Shown: piece by piece, positions 58,674 to 64,000 of the stretch
Layout: each line of letters begins with the position of its first letter
Numbering within the stretch: the first letter of the stretch is position 1
Origin: Flavobacteriales bacterium
Lineage (GTDB): Bacteria; Bacteroidota; Bacteroidia; Flavobacteriales; UBA7312
Direction of reading: 5' to 3'
NCBI GenBank assembly: GCA_016779935.1
Contig: JADHMQ010000003.1
Coordinates: 48,908-112,907, forward strand
Length of the DNA: 64,000 nucleotides
Translations under genes and position numbers: made by a program
Notes under the pieces: generated by a model
What the model was told of the DNA's origin: nothing
Databases searched by the model: none
What the model saw: the letters and a program-made list of their open reading frames with translations, nothing else

Positions 58674-60191
58674 ATGAACAATTTTATTCAACCCAAAAAT
58701 GCTCTAATTTCCGTTTTCTATAAAGATGGATTAGGACCAATCGTAGAAGAGTTAAGTCGATTGGGAGTTAATATTTATTCAACCGGAGGCACACAAGCCT
58801 TTATTGAAGATTTAGGAGCTGAAGTTAAGCGTGTAGAAGATTTAACGTCATACCCCTCAATTTTGGGTGGTAGAGTAAAGACATTACACCCAAAAGTTTT
58901 TGGAGGTATACTAAGCCGAAGAGAATTAAAATCTGACAATGAGCAGTTGAAAGAATATGATATTCCTGAATTTGATATAGTAATTGTTGACCTTTATCCT
59001 TTTGAAGAAACCGTTGCCTCTGGAGCTGATGAGCAGTCCATTATTGAAAAAATTGATATTGGCGGGATTTCTCTCATACGAGCTGCAGCTAAAAACTTCA
59101 AAGACGTAACAGTCATTTCTTCAAAAGACGATTATTCAGAATTTCACTCAATATTAAAAGAGAAAAATGGAACGACTATTGAAGAGCGAAGACGCTTTGC
59201 TACTAAGTCATTTCATATCTCATCTCATTATGACAGTGCTATATTCTCATACTTTGATAATGATGATTCAGCTTTTAAATTCAGTATACCAAACGGCACA
59301 GCTTTACGATATGGAGAAAACCCTCACCAAAAAGGCGTTTTCTATGGAAATTTAGACGGCTTTTTTGATCAGCTTCATGGGAAAGCATTATCCTACAATA
59401 ATTTACTTGACGTAGATGCTGCTGTACATATCATCTCTGAATTTGAAGATACAACCTTTGCTATTCTAAAACATAATAACGCTTGTGGTATTGCCTCAAG
59501 AGACGCTTTGAAAGAGGCCTATATTGATGCTCTAGCGGGAGACCCTATTTCTGCTTTTGGAGGCATTCTTGTTTGCAACTCTGAGCTTGATTTAGAAACA
59601 GCAAATCAAATTAACACATTATTCTTCGAAATTATTATTGCTCCATCCTATCAAAATGAAGCCCTCGAAGTGTTGAAATCCAAGAAAAATCGTATTATAT
59701 TAGTGCAGAAGGAAACGGTTCTACCAAACAGACAATTCCGTACAATACTAAACGGTGTTCTTGAGCAAGATAAAGACGTTTCTATTGACAGGGTAGAAAA
59801 CATGAAAACGGTAACAAAAATTGAACCAAGTAAACAGCAATTAGCCGATTTAGAATTTGCCAGTAAAGTGTGTAAAAATACTAAATCAAATGCAATTGTA
59901 TTAGTTAAAAACAATCAACTGCTAGCGAGTGGAGTAGGACAAACATCAAGAGTTGATGCCTTAAAACAAGCTATTGCAAAGGCAAAACAATTTGATTTTG
60001 AACTTGAAGGTTGTGTTATGGCTTCTGATGCATTCTTCCCCTTTGCAGATTGTGTAGAGATTGCACACGAAGCTGGTGTAAAAGCAGTAATACAACCCGG
60101 CGGGTCAATAAAAGATCAACTATCAATTGATTATTGCGATGAAAATAAAATGGTTATGGTAATGACCGGAACTAGACACTTTAAACATTAA
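58674..60191 (+). CDS. purH: Bifunctional AICAR transformylase / IMP cyclohydrolase PurH
   Basis: 505 aa. It has ALISVFYKDG, STGGT, VKTLHPKVFGGIL, and the C-terminal QPGGSIKD..TGTRHFKH. Confidence 0.95.
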   Translation: MNNFIQPKNALISVFYKDGLGPIVEELSRLGVNIYSTGGTQAFIEDLGAEVKRVEDLTSYPSILGGRVKTLHPKVFGGILSRRELKSDNEQLKEYDIPEFDIVIVDLYPFEETVASGADEQSIIEKIDIGGISLIRAAAKNFKDVTVISSKDDYSEFHSILKEKNGTTIEERRRFATKSFHISSHYDSAIFSYFDNDDSAFKFSIPNGTALRYGENPHQKGVFYGNLDGFFDQLHGKALSYNNLLDVDAAVHIISEFEDTTFAILKHNNACGIASRDALKEAYIDALAGDPISAFGGILVCNSELDLETANQINTLFFEIIIAPSYQNEALEVLKSKKNRIILVQKETVLPNRQFRTILNGVLEQDKDVSIDRVENMKTVTKIEPSKQQLADLEFASKVCKNTKSNAIVLVKNNQLLASGVGQTSRVDALKQAIAKAKQFDFELEGCVMASDAFFPFADCVEIAHEAGVKAVIQPGGSIKDQLSIDYCDENKMVMVMTGTRHFKH

Positions 60192-60202
60192 AACTTAATA
60201 AT

Positions 60203-61225
60203 ATGGGTTTTTTCGATTTTATGACGCAAGAGATTGCAATTGACTTAGGCACTGCAAATACTCTAATTATACACAACGACAAAGTGGTTGTAGATGAACC
60301 CTCAATTGTTGCAAAAGACATCATACTTGGAAAAGTAGTCGCTATTGGTAAAAAAGCCCAGCAAATGCATGGGAAAACGCATAAGACAATTGAAACTATT
60401 CGTCCTCTAAAAGACGGTGTAATTGCAGACTTCTCTGCAGCTGAGCAAATGATTCGTGGAATGATTAAAATGATTCCTAGACGTAAAACATTATTTTCTC
60501 CATCTTTAAAAATGGTAGTTTGTATTCCATCTGGTATTACTGAGGTTGAAAAAAGAGCCGTAAAAGATTCTGCCGAACATGCTGGTGCTAAGGAAGTTTT
60601 CTTGATCCATGAACCAATGGCTGCCGCTATTGGAATTGGAGTAGATGTTCTTGAGCCTAAAGGAAATATGATTATTGATATAGGTGGTGGGACATCAGAA
60701 ATTGCTGTTATTTCATTAGGGGGTATTGTCACTGACCGCTCTATAAGGGTTGCTGGAGATAACTTCACTACGGATATTCGCATTTACATGAGAAATCATC
60801 ACAATATAGATATCGGTGAACGAATGGCTGAAAAGATTAAAATTAATGTAGGCGCAGCTCTTCAAGAACTAGATGAGCCACCACCGAACTTTGCTGTACA
60901 TGGTAGAGATTTAATGAGTGGTATTCCTAAGGAAATCATTGTTACTTACAAGGAAATTGCACGTGCCTTGGATCAAACCATATCTCAAATTGAACAAGCA
61001 GTTTTAGCCGCATTAGGTCAAACACCTCCTGAATTATCTGCTGACATTTATAACACTGGAATATATTTAACTGGTGGTGGATCAATGCTCAGAGGACTTG
61101 ACAAAAGAATTTCTTTGAAAACAAAACTGCCTGTTTACGTTGCTGAAGATCCTCTGAGAGCAGTAGCAAGGGGAACAGGTATTGCACTTAAAAATACGGA
61201 TAACTTCCCATTTTTAATTCGATAA
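60203..61225 (+). CDS. mreB: Rod shape-determining protein MreB
   Basis: 340 aa. It has IAIDLGTANTLI, EPMAAAIG, DIGGGTSEIAVISLGG and LTGGGSMLRGLD. Confidence 0.95.
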   Translation: MGFFDFMTQEIAIDLGTANTLIIHNDKVVVDEPSIVAKDIILGKVVAIGKKAQQMHGKTHKTIETIRPLKDGVIADFSAAEQMIRGMIKMIPRRKTLFSPSLKMVVCIPSGITEVEKRAVKDSAEHAGAKEVFLIHEPMAAAIGIGVDVLEPKGNMIIDIGGGTSEIAVISLGGIVTDRSIRVAGDNFTTDIRIYMRNHHNIDIGERMAEKIKINVGAALQELDEPPPNFAVHGRDLMSGIPKEIIVTYKEIARALDQTISQIEQAVLAALGQTPPELSADIYNTGIYLTGGGSMLRGLDKRISLKTKLPVYVAEDPLRAVARGTGIALKNTDNFPFLIR

Positions 61226-61239
61226 TTATTGAGTAGATA

Positions 61240-62043
61240 ATGCGAAACTTAATAGAATTAATAAATAAATACAATCATCAGATTTTATTTATTCTTCTTG
61301 AAATTTTTGCATTCTTTTTAATTATTCAGAATAATAGTTTTCAAAAAGCTGCCTTCATCAATTCAACAAATGGCGTAACTGCCACTAGCTTTTTAGTAAT
61401 CAGTAATGTAAAGAGTTACTTTTCTTTAAAAAGCACTAATGAGCTTTTACTGATGGAGAATGCAAAACTTAAAAGTTTAATAAGTTATCAGCAAAATGAT
61501 AGCATTAGCTCAACATCACCTAGTCATTTTATCCCTGCAACCATCATTAACAATTCAGTAGCTCGCGCTGATAATTATATTACCATTGATAAAGGTAAAG
61601 TTGATGGCATAAAGAAAGGTATGGGAGTAATAAGCAATAATGGCGTCATTGGTATTGTAAAAGAAACCTCAAAACACTTTAGCAGTGTATTATCTATTTT
61701 ACATACTAAAAGTAAAGTAAGTGTTGTCATCAAAAAAAACAACCACTTTGGCTCATTACAATGGGATGGAAAAAATTATAAAAAAGCTAAAATTTATGAC
61801 ATTCCTTCTCATGTAAACTTGCAATTAGGCGATACAATAACTACAAGCGGATTTTCATATATTTTTCCATCCAATACCATAGTAGGTGTAATTAGTGATA
61901 TTAAAACTAAGGAAGCCGATAAATTTCATAACTTAAGAATGTCGTTTGTTGAAGATTTAAAAGAGGTGAAATATGTTAACGTTTGTCAACTTTTAAAAAA
62001 AGAGGAAAAAGAATTGTTAGAAAAACAAATAAACAATGAATAA
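61240..62043 (+). CDS. mreC: Rod shape-determining protein MreC
   Basis: 267 aa. It has an N-terminal TM, a coiled coil, and the beta-domain GVISNNGVIGIV. It lies between mreB and mreD. Confidence 0.85.
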   Translation: MRNLIELINKYNHQILFILLEIFAFFLIIQNNSFQKAAFINSTNGVTATSFLVISNVKSYFSLKSTNELLLMENAKLKSLISYQQNDSISSTSPSHFIPATIINNSVARADNYITIDKGKVDGIKKGMGVISNNGVIGIVKETSKHFSSVLSILHTKSKVSVVIKKNNHFGSLQWDGKNYKKAKIYDIPSHVNLQLGDTITTSGFSYIFPSNTIVGVISDIKTKEADKFHNLRMSFVEDLKEVKYVNVCQLLKKEEKELLEKQINNE

Positions 62044-62557
62044 GTTTATTTTTAATCATATTATAAATTTCGTAGTATTTGTTTCTTTACAAGTACTGAT
62101 TTTTAATAATATCTTTTTTATGGGCTATATCAACCCATACATTTACCTCATGTTCTTGTTCCTTTTACCAGTAAGTAAGAAAAACCAAAACTTTTTACTA
62201 CTGATAGCATTTTTAACAGGAATAATCATAGATGGCTTTCAAAACTCTATGGGATTACACACCTTTGCGTGTGTTCTTGTCATGTACCTAAAGCGTCCAA
62301 TATTACTTTCATTAATTCCTCAATTGAAGAATAAAACTCAAAACAATATTGTCTTCTCATTAAATGAGTTTGGCTTACCAGTTACAATTATATACACCTC
62401 AAGTTTAGTGTTTATTCATCATTTTGCATTGTTTTTTATTGAAGCATTTCAATTCGATTTAGGAAATATTCTTTTACGAACAATAGCTAGCGGATTGGTA
62501 AGCTCCATTTTGCTAATTATTTTCCAATTTTTGAACGTTAGAAATTCATTGAAGTGA
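62036..62557 (+). CDS. mreD: Rod shape-determining protein MreD
   Basis: 173 aa with 4-5 TM helices. It overlaps mreC by 8 bp and mrdA by 4 bp. Confidence 0.7.
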   Translation: MNKFIFNHIINFVVFVSLQVLIFNNIFFMGYINPYIYLMFLFLLPVSKKNQNFLLLIAFLTGIIIDGFQNSMGLHTFACVLVMYLKRPILLSLIPQLKNKTQNNIVFSLNEFGLPVTIIYTSSLVFIHHFALFFIEAFQFDLGNILLRTIASGLVSSILLIIFQFLNVRNSLK

Positions 62558-64000
62558 GAAAGTTTGAAAATAGACCCTATATAATTGGTGGATTTTTCAG
62601 TGTTATAATAATCATTTTTATAGTTCGATTGTTTTCTATTCAAGTTGTTGACGATAGCTTCAAAACGTCTTCAGAAAATAATGTTATTAGAAAAGAAACA
62701 GACCACCCCAGAAGAGGTCTTATTTATGACAGAAACAATGAACTCATTGTATATAATGAAGCTGCGTACGATTTAATGATAACTCCTAATCAAGCCAACA
62801 AAATTGACACTAACTTAATTTGCTCGTTATTAGAAATTGACACACTAGCATTAGACAGAAGACTTGAAAAAGCAAAGACATATTCCATGTATAAGTCTAG
62901 TGTTTTTATGAAACAAATTTCTGTCGAAACGTACACCAAGTTACAAGAGAATATGTTTTTGATGCCTGGTTTCTATGTTCAAGCCAGAACATTAAGAAAA
63001 TACCCCTATTCAACTGCAAGTCACCTATTGGGTTATGTTGGAGAAGTCAATCAACGAATTATTAAGAAAGACCCGTATTATAAGGAAGGCGATTATATGG
63101 GGATTAGTGGTATCGAAAAGGCTTATGAAGACAAGCTCAAAGGCATCAAAGGTGAAAAGTTATTGCTCAGGGATGTTCATAATAACATTAAAGGAAGTTT
63201 CAAAAATGGAAAGTTTGATACAAAATCTATTTCTGGAAAAAACCTAACTTCTACAATTGATATTTTTCTTCAAAATTATGGCGAACAACTTATGAAAAAT
63301 AAGCGAGGGAGCATAGTAGCAATCGAGCCCTCAACAGGTGAAATTTTATGTCTAGTTTCAGCCCCTAGTTACGACCCCAATACTCTTGTTGGACGTAAGC
63401 GTTCTGAAAACTATACTATTTTAAATAATGATAGTATTAGCAAACCATTATTTAATAGAGCAGCACTTGCCCAGTATCCACCAGGCTCAACCTTTAAACT
63501 CATTAATGCCCTAATTGGCTTGCAAGAAAAAGTAATAAGCCGCAACACTCATTTCGAATGTGACGATGGCTTTGTTTATGGCGAAGAAAAAAGAAAAATG
63601 AAATGCCATGAGCACCGTTCTCCTCTAAATTTGGAAGAATCCATTGCAACTTCGTGTAACGCTTATTTTTGTAACGTTTACAAATCCATTATTGAAAACT
63701 ACCCTTCCACTTATGAAGGCTATGATGCTTGGCGAAACTATGTAGTAAGTTTCGGTCTTGGAAATTGGTTAAACAATGATTTACCAACTGGACAGAAAGG
63801 CTTTGTTCCTAAAAAAAACTACTACGATAGGATTTATGGTAAAAAACGATGGAAGTCATTAACAAACCTATCCTTGTCTATTGGCCAAGATGCTCTTCTG
63901 ACAACCCCTATTCAAATGGCGAATATGACAGCTGCCATAGCAAATAGAGGCTATTATTATACTCCTCACATCATCAAGGAAATAGAAAACGATAGTGTTG
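62554..64000 (+). CDS. mrdA: Penicillin-binding protein 2 (MrdA), N-terminal 482 codons; continues past the right edge
   Basis: Not in the ORF track because it is edge-truncated. The GTG at 62554 overlaps the mreD TGA. I checked the frame line by line and it is open to 64000. It has a TM anchor YIIGGFFSVIIIIFIVRLF, RGLIYDRNNELI, the SxxK active site PPGSTFK (~63484-63498) and the SxN motif TSCN. Confidence 0.88.
   Translation, partial: MRKFENRPYIIGGFFSVIIIIFIVRLFSIQVVDDSFKTSSENNVIRKETDHPRRGLIYDRNNELIVYNEAAYDLMITPNQANKIDTNLICSLLEIDTLALDRRLEKAKTYSMYKSSVFMKQISVETYTKLQENMFLMPGFYVQARTLRKYPYSTASHLLGYVGEVNQRIIKKDPYYKEGDYMGISGIEKAYEDKLKGIKGEKLLLRDVHNNIKGSFKNGKFDTKSISGKNLTSTIDIFLQNYGEQLMKNKRGSIVAIEPSTGEILCLVSAPSYDPNTLVGRKRSENYTILNNDSISKPLFNRAALAQYPPGSTFKLINALIGLQEKVISRNTHFECDDGFVYGEEKRKMKCHEHRSPLNLEESIATSCNAYFCNVYKSIIENYPSTYEGYDAWRNYVVSFGLGNWLNNDLPTGQKGFVPKKNYYDRIYGKKRWKSLTNLSLSIGQDALLTTPIQMANMTAAIANRGYYYTPHIIKEIENDSV

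Noticed and set aside
60181-60783. 200-aa minus-strand ORF
   Set aside because: It is fully antisense to mreB, which has unmistakable actin-fold motifs. Its Ser/Ile/Pro-rich composition is typical of a mirror frame.
63035-63247. 70-aa plus-strand track ORF
   Set aside because: It is an alternative frame inside the open mrdA reading frame, which carries the PBP2 motifs.

Overview
All calls below are by-eye reading of the sequence and the ORF track; no database or HMM search was run.

This is an AT-rich chromosomal segment that reads as Bacteroidota, class Flavobacteriia. The evidence is a gldK-L-M-N gliding/T9SS core, a PorP/SprF-family gene, T9SS C-terminal sorting domains, SprB-type repeats, TAnnTTTG-type -7 boxes and no Shine-Dalgarno signals.

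LEFT HALF (1-32000). One unbroken minus-strand array of 25 genes:
- topA, a degenerate arginase-fold protein, porP/sprF-like, then gldKLMN.
- A ~18.6-kb surface-glycan locus (4203-22833): wbpA-B-D-E, Wzz-like, uronate 4-epimerase-like, Wzx, Wzy_C ligase-like, Wzy-like, two GT2 genes and a PD40-like propeller protein.
- The same locus continues with a PglF/PglE/PglC-like trio, a DUF1972 glycosyltransferase and a WbaP-like transferase.
- The 5' 4.15 kb of a giant SprB-repeat adhesin gene. This gene is absent from the supplied ORF track because it runs off the window.

RIGHT HALF (32184-64000). Mostly housekeeping genes:
- miaB, a sensor-less sigma-54 activator, lptE-like, a hypothetical gene, secG, then groES-groEL.
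- A small acidic secreted protein, an HMA lipoprotein plus ctaA, and an EamA transporter.
- rplU-rpmA, serS, a lipoprotein-TPR-DUF4286 group, rsmA, mgtE and a 2-hydroxyacid dehydrogenase.
- A lamin-tail-domain T9SS cargo, a GNAT gene plus aspartate kinase, fbp, mfd and an FtsX-type permease.
- purH-mreBCD-mrdA. mrdA has a GTG start, is right-edge truncated, and is also missing from the track.

I saw no rRNA, tRNA, CRISPR, transposase, integrase or phage genes.

Best candidates for something new:
1. The physical fusion of T9SS core genes, a Wbp-pathway/Wzx-Wzy glycan locus and a giant candidate cargo into one array.
2. A CIRCE-geometry inverted repeat overlapping a sigma-54-like -24/-12 motif in front of groES, next to an orphan sigma-54 activator.
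3. A conserved-looking arginase-fold pseudoenzyme wedged between topA and porP-gldK.
4. An amino-sugar plus uronic-acid gene set that could make a zwitterionic glycan.
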